This document shows, one piece after another, positions 1-10,900 of a stretch of DNA of 64,000 nucleotides. This stretch comes from Vulcanimicrobiota bacterium (GTDB lineage: Bacteria > Vulcanimicrobiota > Vulcanimicrobiia > Vulcanimicrobiales > Vulcanimicrobiaceae). The stretch covers positions 672,001-736,000 of the forward strand of contig CAVRQT010000003.1 of assembly GCA_963723515.1 (NCBI GenBank). The letters run 5' to 3'. The notes beneath the pieces are model-generated. The model saw nothing but the letters and a program-made list of their open reading frames with translations, was not told where the DNA came from and ran no database searches. A program made the translations under genes and the position numbers. Position 1 is the first letter of the stretch; the number at the start of each line of letters is the position of its first letter.

Positions 1-534
1 ATTCCGCGACTGCGTTATTCGGTTTCGGCGACAACGCGGTCGCCTCGCGTGGGCGAGCGCGACGGAGAAGCGTACTTTTTCGTTACGCATGCGGAGTTCG
101 AGCGGCGGGTCGCCACGAACGCGTTTCTGGAATACCGCGAGTATAACGGGCAGCTCTACGGGACGCCGCGCGATTTTGTGGAGCGGACGTTAACCGAAGG
201 CTACGATCTGGTCGTGAAGCCTGAGGTCAACGGAGCGCTTTCAATCAAATCCGCCTTCCCGGATGCGGTGCTGATCTTTCTGCTGCCGGACAAGTTCTCG
301 CACCTGCGCGAGCGGTTGCTGGAGCGGCGCACGGAGACGATCGAAGAGATCGCAGGCCGACTCGAGATCGCGCACGTTGAGATGAAGTACCTCCGCAGCT
401 TCGATTACGTGGTGATCAACGAGCAGCGGAAACATGCACAAGCCGTCGACGACCTGGAAGCGATCATGCGAGCGGAGCGTTTCAGGATTCATCGGTGGGG
501 AGATGATTCGATAAAGGAGTTAGAACATTCGTAA
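1..534 (+). CDS. gmk: Guanylate kinase (5' truncated by window edge)
   Basis: Frame 1 is open from base 1: RYSVSATTRSPRVGERDGEAYFFV...YGT, the GK signature; lies directly upstream of rpoZ. Confidence 0.95.
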   Translation: MPRLRYSVSATTRSPRVGERDGEAYFFVTHAEFERRVATNAFLEYREYNGQLYGTPRDFVERTLTEGYDLVVKPEVNGALSIKSAFPDAVLIFLLPDKFSHLRERLLERRTETIEEIAGRLEIAHVEMKYLRSFDYVVINEQRKHAQAVDDLEAIMRAERFRIHRWGDDSIKELEHS

Positions 535-749
535 TGGACCAAATTTTTGGTGATTTAGAGGCGCTGATGGGCCACGTCGATTCGAAGTTCACATTAGTAA
601 ACGTTGTGACGAAGCGCGCCAAGCAACTGAACAACGGCGCGCCGCCCCTGACGGAGCACGTCAACCCGAATAAACCGGTTTCCACCGCGTTCAACGAAGT
701 TGCGGCAGGAAAAATCGACTACAAGCGGACGCGCGAAGGCATCAAGTAA
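534..749 (+). CDS. rpoZ: RNA polymerase omega subunit
   Basis: SKFTLVNVVTKRAKQL...KPVSTAFNEVAAGKI motif; gmk-rpoZ synteny; SD AAGGAG. Confidence 0.93.
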   Translation: MDQIFGDLEALMGHVDSKFTLVNVVTKRAKQLNNGAPPLTEHVNPNKPVSTAFNEVAAGKIDYKRTREGIK

Positions 750-785
750 AGCTCAGGGTGACAATCACGATGGGTATGCAATAGC

Positions 786-2624
786 ATGTGTGGTATTGTC
801 GGCTATATCGGGCGGCGCGACAGCGTTCCGATCATTCTCGACTCCCTGCAGCGCTTGGAGTACCGCGGATACGATAGCGCCGGCATCGCGGTACTTGACT
901 CGAAGGGCACGCTGAAAGGCACGAAAGCCGAAGGCAAACTCTCGCGCCTAGCCGAGTTGCTAAGAAACGGAGCGCGGCTCTCAGGAGAGGTCGGTGTCGG
1001 TCACACGCGTTGGGCAACGCACGGGCGGCCGTCTGATGCCAACGCACATCCGCATCTCGACTGTGCCGGAAAAATCGCCGTCGTGCACAACGGCATTATC
1101 GAGAACTACGTGCCGCTGCGGGCGGGCTTGCTTGAGTCGGGACACACGTTCGTGAGCGAAACCGATACGGAAGTGCTCGCGCATTTGATTGAAGCACACT
1201 ACACAGATGATCTTGAGGAGGCCGTGCGCCGCACGCTGCCCGAGGTGCGTGGCGCGTACGCAATCGGCGTCATCTCATCGGATGATCCCGACCGTCTGAT
1301 CTTCGCGCGCAACGGTGCGAGCCCGCTCGTTGTCGGAATCGGCGACGGCGAGATGTTCGTCGCGTCCGATACGCCGGCGATTCTGCAGTACACGCGCAAA
1401 GAAGTGATCTTGCAAGAAGGCGAGATGGTCGTCGTCGGCCGCGACGGCTACCGCTTGACGGCATACGACGGGACGCCCGTCGAGCGCGATGTCGTCCAAG
1501 TCACTTGGGATGCGACGTCGGCCGAGAAGAGCGGCTTCAAGCATTTTATGCTCAAGGAGATCTTCGAGCAGCCTAGCGTGATCAAGGAAACGATGGCCGG
1601 ACGGATCTCCGAAAAGAACGACGTTCAACTCGGCGCCGAACTTGGCCTGAGCCCTGAGCGCCTTTCGCAGATTTCAAAGATCGCCATCACCGGATGCGGC
1701 ACGGCGTACCATGCCGGCATGGTCGGGATGTATCTCTTGCGCTCGCTCGTGCAACTGCCGGTCGAGCTCGAATTGGCGAGCGAATTCCGCTATGGCGATC
1801 CGGTGATCGATTCGACGGCGCTCACGATTGCGATGTCGCAATCCGGTGAGACCGCGGATACGATTGAGGCCGTCAAGATTGCTAAGGCCGCAGATTCGGC
1901 GGTGCTCGGCATCTGCAACGTCGTCGGCTCGCATTTGACGCGTCTCGCGGACGGCACGCTCTTTACGCGGGGCGGCCCTGAAATTGGGGTTGCAGCGAGC
2001 AAGACGTACGTCTCCCAAGTAACCGCGATGACGCTCTTGGCGCTCTATCTTGCGCGGCTGCGCAAGACGACGCCGGAAGAGCGGGCACGCGAAATCGCGG
2101 ATAACATGAAGCTGCTGCCTGCAGCCGTTGACGTGGCTCTGAACACCTCAGATGAAATTCGCAAGGCAGCCAAAACGATTCGCAAGTGCACGTCGATTCT
2201 GTTCATCGGGCGGTATGTCAATTTTCCGACGGCGCTCGAGGGCGCACTGAAATTGAAAGAGATCTCGTACATCCATGCTGAGGGCTACGCCGCCGGGGAG
2301 ATGAAGCACGGGCCGATTGCGCTCCTCGACGCGCGCGTACCGGTGGTCGGAATCCTCACCGATGGACGCGTGCGCGAGAAGACGCTGTCGAATTTAGCGG
2401 AATCGCGGGCGCGGGAAGCACCGATCGTGGTCGTTGCCAATTACGGCGACGAAGAAGCGGAAGCGATCGCGGACCATATCTTCTGGGTTCCGAAAGTCGA
2501 CGAACTGCTCTCGCCGATCGTCAACATTATTCCGTTGCAGTTGCTCGCCTACCATATCGCGGACATCGAAGGCAAAGACGTCGATCAGCCGCGCAATCTT
2601 GCCAAGACCGTTACGGTCGAATAA
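786..2624 (+). CDS. glmS: Glutamine--fructose-6-phosphate aminotransferase
   Basis: MCGIVG N-terminus, GHTRWATHG, SQSGETADT, C-terminal PRNLAKTVTVE. Confidence 0.98.
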   Translation: MCGIVGYIGRRDSVPIILDSLQRLEYRGYDSAGIAVLDSKGTLKGTKAEGKLSRLAELLRNGARLSGEVGVGHTRWATHGRPSDANAHPHLDCAGKIAVVHNGIIENYVPLRAGLLESGHTFVSETDTEVLAHLIEAHYTDDLEEAVRRTLPEVRGAYAIGVISSDDPDRLIFARNGASPLVVGIGDGEMFVASDTPAILQYTRKEVILQEGEMVVVGRDGYRLTAYDGTPVERDVVQVTWDATSAEKSGFKHFMLKEIFEQPSVIKETMAGRISEKNDVQLGAELGLSPERLSQISKIAITGCGTAYHAGMVGMYLLRSLVQLPVELELASEFRYGDPVIDSTALTIAMSQSGETADTIEAVKIAKAADSAVLGICNVVGSHLTRLADGTLFTRGGPEIGVAASKTYVSQVTAMTLLALYLARLRKTTPEERAREIADNMKLLPAAVDVALNTSDEIRKAAKTIRKCTSILFIGRYVNFPTALEGALKLKEISYIHAEGYAAGEMKHGPIALLDARVPVVGILTDGRVREKTLSNLAESRAREAPIVVVANYGDEEAEAIADHIFWVPKVDELLSPIVNIIPLQLLAYHIADIEGKDVDQPRNLAKTVTVE

Positions 2625-2661
2625 AAAGATACTCCCGCTTTCCAGCGAAACCTGAAACTCC

Positions 2662-3882
2662 GTGCCTGCGAGAAGGCGGCGCGGTTGCCGGATCATTGTT
2701 GCGCTCGGACTTGCGTTCTTTCTTTCGGCGCAAAATGGTAGCGCATCTCGCCTCACGGAGCGGATTCGTGAAGAGCAGCTCCGTGTAGAGCAACACCATC
2801 GTCAGCTGGAGGAGCGTCGCGCGCAATTGCGCTTCGAGCAATTGCGTGAAAGCAATTTAAGCCAGCAACTGGATCAGACGAACCACGCGATCGGCGGGGT
2901 CAACGCGCGGCTCGATGAGCTCGATGGTCAAGTGCAGGTCAATCAGCGGCGCCTAGCTTGGAATCAGGTCGAGCTCGCTGCAGCGCAAGCGACGCTGCGG
3001 CGGCACAATGATGCGTATCGCAAGCGCCTCGTTCAGATTTACGAACATAGCGACATCGGCTATTTAAGCGTGCTGCTCGGCGCAACGTCGTTCACGGAAT
3101 TCGTCGAACGACTGCACGATCTGCAGCTGCTCGTTAAAGCGGATCAAGAGGCGATCGCCCAGCGCAAAGCGGCGGAAGCCGCAGTGCGACGCGTGCAGGC
3201 GCAACTCGAGGGCACGCAACTGCAGCTTGAAGGGCTGGCGCAGCAGCAACAGCAGGCGCGAACGCAGTTACAGGGGCTGGCCAGCGAGCGCCAACAACTC
3301 GTCGCGGTCGCATCGGAACAGCGGCAACAGGTTGCGGCGGAAGTGGCGCAACTCGAAGAACTCTCAGCACAGGAAGAGGCGAATCTCGAAGCGCTGATCG
3401 CGCAGCGGCAAGCGGAACTTGAAGCTGAGCGTGCGGCAGCCGAACGCGCGCGCCGCGCCGGTCAACCCGGACCACCAGGCCCGGCAACGGCAGCTTCGGG
3501 GTACTTTCAGTGGCCGGTGCACGGGCCAATTACATCGCCGTTCGGGTGGCGGATCCACCCTATTGCCGGTGTCCGCCGCTTCCATGAAGGCATCGACATC
3601 GCGGCTGACTCGGGGACACCGATCGCCGCCGCTGAGGCCGGCCGCGTGATCTACGCCGGCTGGTACGGCGGCTACGGCAACTACATCTCGATTGACCACG
3701 GCGGCGGCGTCTCAACCGGATACGGCCACTGTTCGGCGATTTACGTCTCTGTCGGGCAGGACGTCTCTCGGGGGCAAGCCATCGGCGCTGTCGGGTCGAC
3801 CGGATACTCGACCGGCCCCCACCTGCATTTCGAGGTGCGCATCAACGGCAAGCCGATCGATCCGCTGACGCGGCTACGTTAA
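2662..3882 (+). CDS. M23 family peptidase with coiled-coil N-terminus (EnvC/murein hydrolase-like)
   Basis: Signal-like hydrophobic stretch, long coiled coil, HEGIDIA and [12 protein letters not shown]23 motifs. Confidence 0.9.
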   Translation: MPARRRRGCRIIVALGLAFFLSAQNGSASRLTERIREEQLRVEQHHRQLEERRAQLRFEQLRESNLSQQLDQTNHAIGGVNARLDELDGQVQVNQRRLAWNQVELAAAQATLRRHNDAYRKRLVQIYEHSDIGYLSVLLGATSFTEFVERLHDLQLLVKADQEAIAQRKAAEAAVRRVQAQLEGTQLQLEGLAQQQQQARTQLQGLASERQQLVAVASEQRQQVAAEVAQLEELSAQEEANLEALIAQRQAELEAERAAAERARRAGQPGPPGPATAASGYFQWPVHGPITSPFGWRIHPIAGVRRFHEGIDIAADSGTPIAAAEAGRVIYAGWYGGYGNYISIDHGGGVSTGYGHCSAIYVSVGQDVSRGQAIGAVGSTGYSTGPHLHFEVRINGKPIDPLTRLR

Positions 3883-3934
3883 TGTGCCGGCCGCTGGCGG
3901 AATCGACGCGTCCTTGGCGAGAAGCAGGCGGCTG

Positions 3935-4681
3935 ATGATCCGCAATGATGGCCGCGCGCCGAATCAGCTTCGCTCCGTGAAGATTGAGCCGAACTTCCTA
4001 AAGTTTGCGGAAGGCAGCGCGTTGATCTCCCTTGGCGACACACGTGTCCTATGCGCCGCCTCGATCGATGACAAGGTTCCGCAGTGGATGAAAGGCCGCG
4101 GCGTCGGCTGGGTGACGGCCGAATACGCCATGTTGCCGCGCGCAACCCAGGATCGTACGGCCCGGGAAGCGTCTCGCGGGCGCATCGGCGGACGCACGCA
4201 TGAGATTCAGCGCATCATCGGGCGCGCGCTGCGAGCCGTCACCGACATGCACAAGCTCGGCGAAAGAACCGTTTGGCTCGACTGCGACGTGTTGCAAGCT
4301 GACGGCGGAACGCGTACCGCAGCGGTCACCGGCGCGTACGTGGCGTTGGCACTCGCGCTGCTCAAGGCGTTCGATCCAAAGACGGAAGGTTGGCCGCTGC
4401 GCGCTCAGATCGCCGCCACCAGCGTCGGCTTCATCGATGGTGTCGCGTTGCTCGATCTCCCGTATGAGGAAGATAGCCGGGCAGAAGTCGATATGAACGT
4501 TGCCATGACCGACGCCGGCCGCTTCGTCGAGCTGCAAGGCACCGCCGAAAGCGTGCCGTTCGATCGCGGCGCGCTCGACGTACTGCTCGCGCTGGCCGAG
4601 CGAGGCATCAACGAGCTCTTCGGGGTTCAGCGTCGCATTCTCGAACCGTTTGGATTCCCGTCGCTCCTGCATGCCGGTTGA
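3935..4681 (+). CDS. rph: Ribonuclease PH
   Basis: [34 protein letters not shown] motifs. Confidence 0.96.
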   Translation: MIRNDGRAPNQLRSVKIEPNFLKFAEGSALISLGDTRVLCAASIDDKVPQWMKGRGVGWVTAEYAMLPRATQDRTAREASRGRIGGRTHEIQRIIGRALRAVTDMHKLGERTVWLDCDVLQADGGTRTAAVTGAYVALALALLKAFDPKTEGWPLRAQIAATSVGFIDGVALLDLPYEEDSRAEVDMNVAMTDAGRFVELQGTAESVPFDRGALDVLLALAERGINELFGVQRRILEPFGFPSLLHAG

Positions 4682-5015
4682 CGCCGCCGCGCTTCGCGCG
4701 CTGGTCTCTTTGGTCGGTGAGTTTTACATTACCCAACGGCGGATGAAGAACGCGCAGCAGCGAATCGCGGCATTGCTTGAGCGGGAGGACGTTTCGGAAG
4801 AAGAAGCACGGCGCTATGTTGCGGCCGTCAATGAGTACTTCCAGAGCTTCGAGCGCGAAATCCGCGCGCATCTGCGATCGCTGGACGGCCGGCTGGCCAA
4901 CGCGTATCAGGTGCAGTTTAATTTGACCACCGAGCGCGAAGTGGCCGTAAAGCGAATGGAAGCGACGCGCGCGGTGATTGCGGCCGCGGTCAACATTGGA
5001 GATCGTGCGCTCTGA
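4671..5015 (+). CDS. Hypothetical helical protein
   Basis: 114-aa ORF overlapping the rph stop and abutting mlaE, consistent with an operon. Confidence 0.65.
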   Translation: MPVDAAALRALVSLVGEFYITQRRMKNAQQRIAALLEREDVSEEEARRYVAAVNEYFQSFEREIRAHLRSLDGRLANAYQVQFNLTTEREVAVKRMEATRAVIAAAVNIGDRAL

Positions 5016-5794
5016 AAGCCCTCGAAGATCTCGGCAAAGGCACGACCGACGTCTTAGAGTACGCCGGCGGTCTGACGGAGCTCGGTGGCGAGACGCTTTC
5101 GTTCATTGCGAAGCTTCGCATACGGCTCGCAGAGACCGTTATCCAATGCTATTTGCTGGGCGTGCAGTCGCTGATCATCGTGCTACTGACCTCGCTGTTC
5201 ACGGGCATGGTCTTTTCGTTGGAATCCGCCTCCCAAGCTGTAGCATACGGCGTAGGCAATCTGGTCGGCGGCGCAGTTTCTTATACGTCAGTGCGAGAGC
5301 TCGGCCCGATGCTCTCGGCGGTTGTTGTTGCGGGTCGCGTCGGCGCGGCGATCGCAGCGGAGTTGGGCTCGATGGTGATTACGGAGCAAATCGAGGCGCT
5401 GCAATCGCTCGGACTCGCGCCCGCGCGCTTCTTGGTCGTGCCGCGACTGCTCGCGTTGATCGTCATGTTGCCGCTGTTGGCAATCTTTGCCGACGTTGTC
5501 TCGATCGTGGGTGGAATGTGGATTGCGCAGGCGTACGCCCACATCAGCTACGAGACGTTCATGTCGTCGGTGCGGCAAACGATCACATTTTCCGACGTGA
5601 CGCGCGGTCTCCTCAAGTCGGTCGTCTTCGGAATCATCATCGCCTTGATCGGCTCGTATCAGGGCCTGCGAACAAAAGGCGGAGCCGCGGGCGTCGGAAA
5701 CTCGACCACGGGCGCAGTCGTCATTTCTATCATCCTGATCTTTGTTTCCAACTTTATCCTCTCGTATATCTTGTACGGCGGGGCGACGGGATGA
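5012..5794 (+). CDS. mlaE: MlaE family ABC permease (start uncertain, possibly CTG at 5012)
   Basis: RELGPML, GRVGAAIAAELGSM..TEQIEAL, GAAGVG..TT motifs; frame stays open upstream of 5153 ([20 protein letters not shown]). Confidence 0.92.
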   Translation: MKALEDLGKGTTDVLEYAGGLTELGGETLSFIAKLRIRLAETVIQCYLLGVQSLIIVLLTSLFTGMVFSLESASQAVAYGVGNLVGGAVSYTSVRELGPMLSAVVVAGRVGAAIAAELGSMVITEQIEALQSLGLAPARFLVVPRLLALIVMLPLLAIFADVVSIVGGMWIAQAYAHISYETFMSSVRQTITFSDVTRGLLKSVVFGIIIALIGSYQGLRTKGGAAGVGNSTTGAVVISIILIFVSNFILSYILYGGATG

Positions 5795-6564
5795 CCGTCC
5801 AAGCACTCGATGACAACCTGATCGCTCGCGTCGACAACGTGACGATGTTGTACGGCGACAAGATCATCCTTGAGGACTGCTCGCTCGACGTCGTTAAAGG
5901 CGCGATCACGTGCGTGATTGGCCTCTCGGGCGCCGGCAAGTCAACGATCTTGCGACTTCTCAACGGCTTACGCAGGCCGCAAAAGGGGCACGTCTATGTC
6001 AAGGGAGTCGACATCTGCCACATGCCGGAGCGCGAGCTGATCGATTTTCGCAGCGCCATCGGCTTCGCGTTCCAATTCGCCGCGCTGCTCGATAGCATGA
6101 CGGTCGGTGCAAATGTTGCATTGCCGCTGCAAGAGCACACGCGCATGGCAACCGATGAAATCGAGGAGACTGCCAAGGCGACACTGGACAGCGTCGGCTT
6201 AGAGGGCACCTACGAAATGTATCCGAGCGAGCTCTCGGGTGGAATGCTCAAGCGCGCTGGATTCGCGCGCGCTGTCGTTACGAACCCCGATATCGTGCTC
6301 TACGATGAGCCGACGACCGGTTTGGATCCGATCATCACCAACCTTTTGACGGATACGATCAAGCATTTGCGCGCCAAATTGAACGGCACGGCGGTCGTCA
6401 TCTCGCACGACTTGCATAGCATCTACATGATGGCCGACTATATTGCGATGCTTTACGAGGGCGCGATTATCGCGTACGGACCGACGCAGGAGGTTCGGCG
6501 TTCGCCAAATCCCATCGTTCAACAGTTCTTGCAGGGCAGCGAGGTGGGTCCAATCCCTGTCTAG
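5791..6564 (+). CDS. mlaF: MlaF-type ABC ATP-binding protein
   Basis: Walker A GLSGAGKST, LSGGM signature, LYDEPTTGLDP; ATGA overlap with mlaE stop. Confidence 0.93.
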   Translation: MTVQALDDNLIARVDNVTMLYGDKIILEDCSLDVVKGAITCVIGLSGAGKSTILRLLNGLRRPQKGHVYVKGVDICHMPERELIDFRSAIGFAFQFAALLDSMTVGANVALPLQEHTRMATDEIEETAKATLDSVGLEGTYEMYPSELSGGMLKRAGFARAVVTNPDIVLYDEPTTGLDPIITNLLTDTIKHLRAKLNGTAVVISHDLHSIYMMADYIAMLYEGAIIAYGPTQEVRRSPNPIVQQFLQGSEVGPIPV

Positions 6565-6581
6565 CACAAATAGAAGCAGCG

Positions 6582-8138
6582 ATGTCTAAGCAGGCACAAG
6601 TCGGATTCTTCGCCTTGATTGCGCTGGCGTTGCTTTTCGGCGTCTTCTTTACCATCACAGATTTTGAGACACGGCACAGCGGCTATCGGATTGGCGTTCA
6701 TTTCAATACGGCTGCCGGTCTGCATTCGGGTGCGCTGGTGTACTTCAGCGGGGTAACGGCGGGATCGGTCGATACAATCGATCTGTTGCCCGATCACACG
6801 GTCGACGTGATCTTGGCCATCAACAAAGACATCGACATTCCGCGCGATTCGAAGTTCCTGATCCAAGCGCCGCTAACGGGAGATCCGAGTCTTGTCATTT
6901 TGCCGCCGCCGCCGCCGCCGCGACCGGAAGGCATCGTCGGCCCAACGCCGGCGCCGACTCCCGCCGCGTTGCTCGCCCGAGAAGTGCTGCCAATCGACCA
7001 GCAGCCACAGGGAACGAACACCGCGACGATCTCGGATCTGCTCGAGCAGGGCCAAGGCGAAGTCAAGCGGCTCGATACGATGCTTGCCGAACTGCAAAAG
7101 CGTGAGCCGGCGTTGCTCAGCGAGCTGCAAACGACGCTTGCTAACGCCAACACGCTGACTTCGAACGCCAACGAACAGGTGCAATCGCTCTTTGGAACGC
7201 TGCAGCCGGCGATTACGCGCGCCAGCGATAACATCGTCGAACTGACGAACACGTTGAATCAAACGGTGGCCTCGAACTCCGGCAAAGTCGACACACTTCT
7301 GACGACGCTCAATGGCACGGCCGTTTCGCTCAACGAATCGATCAACGCGCTGAAGAGCATCGCTACAAACCCGAACGTCAAGCAAAACTTGCTCCAAACC
7401 ACGAGAAGCGTTGCGCAAACCACCCAGATTCTCTCGCAGCTCACGTCAGATCTGCGCCAGATTACCGGCAATCCGCAGACTCAGTCGCAACTGCGCGATA
7501 CGGTTGCGCAACTCGATGCCGCAACGCAGAAGGCCAATTCACTGCTGGCCTCGCTCGGCGGCGTGAGCCACGTGTACGGCGTTGATACCGGCGCGACGCC
7601 GTCACCCGGCGGGGCGGGCGCACCGCCGCCGAATGGTCCGCCGGCCGGTCCAGGCGGCGTATCGCCGCAACTCAAAAACAAGATCTCCGGTATTGCGCGC
7701 AACCTCTATGCAATCCAAGTCCGAGTCAGCGGCCTCTCAACGCAACAAGTCAATAACGGCTCGAACCCGCTGCTGACGTCGGATCGCGGACCGCAGGCCG
7801 ATTTCAACGTGATGTTCCTGCCAAAGGCGAACACGAGCTTGCTGGTCGGCGCGAACGACATCGGCACGAACAGGACGACGTGGAACTTCGCGGAGCTCTC
7901 CAATTTCGGAAGTGGGTTTCGCCTCGGCGGTGGGGTGTTATACTCGCGACTCGGCGTTATGGCCCAGTACTGGCGCGATCGCCTTGGCTTGGAAGGACGC
8001 CTCTACGACACGCGCCGTCCCACGCTCGACACGTATGTGAACGCGCAGATCACGCCGCTCTCACAACTCTTCATCGGCGAGCGCGATGTGACGCGGCCCG
8101 AGCGGCGTACCGTTTTCGGCCTCCAGCTTCAGTTTTAG
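6582..8138 (+). CDS. mlaD: MlaD/MCE protein with long helical region and beta-rich C-terminus
   Basis: N-terminal TM helix, MCE motif (AAGLHSGALVYFSGVTAGSV), helical repeats, C-terminal amphipathic strands ending FGLQLQF. Confidence 0.88.
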   Translation: MSKQAQVGFFALIALALLFGVFFTITDFETRHSGYRIGVHFNTAAGLHSGALVYFSGVTAGSVDTIDLLPDHTVDVILAINKDIDIPRDSKFLIQAPLTGDPSLVILPPPPPPRPEGIVGPTPAPTPAALLAREVLPIDQQPQGTNTATISDLLEQGQGEVKRLDTMLAELQKREPALLSELQTTLANANTLTSNANEQVQSLFGTLQPAITRASDNIVELTNTLNQTVASNSGKVDTLLTTLNGTAVSLNESINALKSIATNPNVKQNLLQTTRSVAQTTQILSQLTSDLRQITGNPQTQSQLRDTVAQLDAATQKANSLLASLGGVSHVYGVDTGATPSPGGAGAPPPNGPPAGPGGVSPQLKNKISGIARNLYAIQVRVSGLSTQQVNNGSNPLLTSDRGPQADFNVMFLPKANTSLLVGANDIGTNRTTWNFAELSNFGSGFRLGGGVLYSRLGVMAQYWRDRLGLEGRLYDTRRPTLDTYVNAQITPLSQLFIGERDVTRPERRTVFGLQLQF

Positions 8139-8174
8139 CCCGCCGGAGCTAAATTCCAGGCAACGCCGGAAATC

Positions 8175-9147
8175 ATGGTCGAGAAGCGGTTGCGGATCGG
8201 AATCACCGGCGCCGGCGCGATGGGAACGCTCTTCGGCTACCATCTCGCGCAGCTTTGCGATGTGACGATGTTCGACCAGAATGCGGCGTTGCTCGAGTGC
8301 ATCAAACGCGATGGGTTGCGCGTAAACGACACACCCGCGCGTTCAGTCGCCGTTGCACGCACGGTAAGCGATCTCTTCGGCTCGTCGATGCTGTTCTTGT
8401 TCGTCAAAGCTGTCGATACGTTGCGCGCGCTGCGTCCATTTGCAGGACAACTGAATCCCGCTACGCCGGTTGTCTCTTTGCAAAACGGCATCCGTAACGA
8501 GAGTGCGATCAAGGCCGCACTGGGTGGAGCGGTTCCGGTTGTGCTTGGAATCACAACGGAGTCTTCGCTGAGCACTGGACCGGGTCAGGTGCATAGTCCA
8601 CGCAGCGGTCACACGATTGTCGGTTCAGGAGGCGCTGCGCCCGAGACATCGCAACGCGTCGCGCAGCTGCTTTCGGCGACCGGCTTGCGGACGTCCGTCG
8701 TCTACGATATTCGGCCGCACCTGTGGGGCAAGCTCATCGCCAATACGGCGATCAACGCGCATAAGCGCGCTGCTCGACTGTCCCGCGGGGGCGATCATTC
8801 CCGACGAAAACGCGACGCGGCTCGCGAAGGCCCTTGCGCGCGAGGCGGTTGCGGTTGCAACGCAATCGCGCATCAATCTGCCGTATTCAGATGCGTGGGC
8901 GTATGTAGAAGAAGTGATTGCGGTCGGCGCGGATTCGAAGAGCTCGATGGCGTTTGACCTTGAAACGGGCCATCCGACGGAGATCGATCATATCAACGGT
9001 GCGATCGTTGCGGCCGGACGCCGGGTCGGCGTGCCGACGCCGTACAACGAGGCAATCGTACAATTAATCAAAGCGCGGGAATCGATCGCAGCCGCGGTGC
9101 CATCACTGCCCACGGTGCCTCCCGTGGAGTCCGAGGCGTCGGCCTAA
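8175..9147 (+). CDS. panE: 2-dehydropantoate 2-reductase (frameshift near 8760)
   Basis: GAGAMG, LQNG and LWGKLIAN in one frame; KSSMAFDLETGHPTEIDHING in the other. Confidence 0.88.
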
Positions 9148-9182
9148 GCGCTGATATCAGAGCTCTCGTGGACGCTAGCGCG

Positions 9183-9945
9183 CTACATTTGCGGCGTTAA
9201 TTTCAGCATCCGAATGCTGCCGTTCGTCACGCGCACGTCGATCTTGCGGCTGCCGCCGCGGCCGATTGCGCCGACGATCGTTTCGACGTTTCCGCTTGCT
9301 GAGCCGCGCAGGTTGAAATCGGTAAAAATCGTTCCGTGATCGGTGTGCAGGTCGACGTTCGCATCGGCCGTTGCCGGCACCCAAACCTCGACGTCGCCGC
9401 GTTCGGCTGAAAAGTGCAGCGTGCCCGGCCACTGTGCGTCACCAAACAAGACGGTGACATTGCCCTCCTCAGTCGCCGCATTTGCGTAACCTGGGAATTT
9501 GAATTTTGATATCGCCGCTGCGTGCCCGCGCGTCAACGGGCCCGGCGACGTCCGTCGCGTGAATCGATCCGTTGGCGGTGAAGATCGAAAGCCGGGCTTG
9601 CTTGGGGACGCGCACGGTGTAGTCAATCGGCGGCGCTGAAGCGGCGAGGCAGCCCTCATTGAGATGCTGCACGCTGAGCGGTTCAGGGCAAATCGTCATT
9701 GCGGATCGATCGATTTTGATGCTCGTACGTGCCTGCTTCGAAGCGCTCATTTGCGTGACGGTGTATTGATTGGCCGGTTCGCCCTGTGCCGGCGCGTAGG
9801 CGTAGATCGTGCCGCGCTCATCGAGCACATTCATCACTCTTCCATTGAAGCGGCCCGTTTGCGTCATCGAAAATTGATGCCGGCTACACCCGCCCAACGC
9901 CAAAATGAACGGCAGAAGAAGAAGGGCGGTCGCGCGATTACTCAC
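9183..9945 (-). CDS. DUF4097/adhesin-like beta-repeat lipoprotein (frameshift near 9490)
   Basis: GTG at 9945 overlapping the xer stop; lipobox-like LALGGC; repeated TANGSI/RSGDI/EEGNV/TNGSI strand motifs across two frames. Confidence 0.65.
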
Positions 9946-10876
9946 CGCGGTCCCGCGGATGCGCCTCGTCGTAGGCGCGTTTCTTATGTTCGAATGAGAC
10001 GTTCGTGTAGATCTGCGTCGTTGCAAGACTCTGATGCCCGAGCAACTCCTGAATGGTTACCAGATCGACGCCGTGTTCGAGCAAGTGCGTGGCGAAGGAA
10101 TGGCGTAACGTGTGTGGGCTGGCGGCGAGTCGCAGTCCGCTGATTTTGTAAATCGTGTGAAAGATGTGCCACACATGGCGCGGCGTCAGTCGCTTGCCAC
10201 TGCGGCCTAAAAAAAGTGCCTCATCGTGGCTTTGCGGCCGGTGTGCTAGATAATCGGCGATCGCGCGGGCGGTCGTTGCATTGATGATCACGATGCGTTG
10301 TTTATTGCCTTTGCCGGTTACAAGGATCGTGCGGCGGCGCAAATCGACATCGTTGAGGTTGATGCCGGCGACTTCGGCGCGTCGGATGCCGCTGGCATAA
10401 AGTAATTCCATGATCGCATGGTCGCGCAGTCGTTGAACGTCGGAGCGTCCGGCCACCGTGGTGCGCAGCAATTTGCGGACGTCGGCTTCCGGAAGCACCT
10501 TGGGCAGTTTCTTGCCGATTTTCGGTGCTGGAATGTGGACCGCGGGGTCGTCCTCGCGATAGTTGTGGGTCTTGAGAAATTTGTAAAACGAGCGCAGCGA
10601 GGCGATCTTGCGGCGGACGGCGGTGGCTTCATACGCCCGCGGCCCGGCCAGGGTCATAATGAACTGCCGAATGTCAGACGATGTTGCCGTGCGCAATTGC
10701 GGCCACGTCTTTTCGGCCGCGCGTTTGCCGCGCTTTGGCTTTTTGTCTTTGGCAAGAAAGGCGCCGAAAAGTTCGATGTCGCGCCCGTAGGCATCACAGG
10801 TCAGCGGGCTGCGTCCGAGCTCCAAGCGCAGATGGGCGTTATGCGCGGAAATGAGGGGATCGGCGGCTAGGCGCAT
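9938..10876 (-). CDS. XerC/XerD-family tyrosine recombinase
   Basis: LLYASGIRRAE, GKGNKQR, PHTLRHSFATHLL, LLGHQSLATTQIYT catalytic motifs. Confidence 0.95.
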   Translation of the reverse strand: MRLAADPLISAHNAHLRLELGRSPLTCDAYGRDIELFGAFLAKDKKPKRGKRAAEKTWPQLRTATSSDIRQFIMTLAGPRAYEATAVRRKIASLRSFYKFLKTHNYREDDPAVHIPAPKIGKKLPKVLPEADVRKLLRTTVAGRSDVQRLRDHAIMELLYASGIRRAEVAGINLNDVDLRRRTILVTGKGNKQRIVIINATTARAIADYLAHRPQSHDEALFLGRSGKRLTPRHVWHIFHTIYKISGLRLAASPHTLRHSFATHLLEHGVDLVTIQELLGHQSLATTQIYTNVSFEHKKRAYDEAHPRDRGE

Positions 10877-10900
10877 GAGGTGCTTTTTGTGCTCATTCCT

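Noticed and set aside
750..785. glmS ribozyme
   Set aside because: Only 36 nt separate rpoZ and glmS, too short, and no conserved ribozyme core is visible
4978..5790. Long N-terminal extension on the ABC ATPase ORF (528 aa)
   Set aside because: It is an off-frame reading of mlaE; the real mlaF start is ATG 5791
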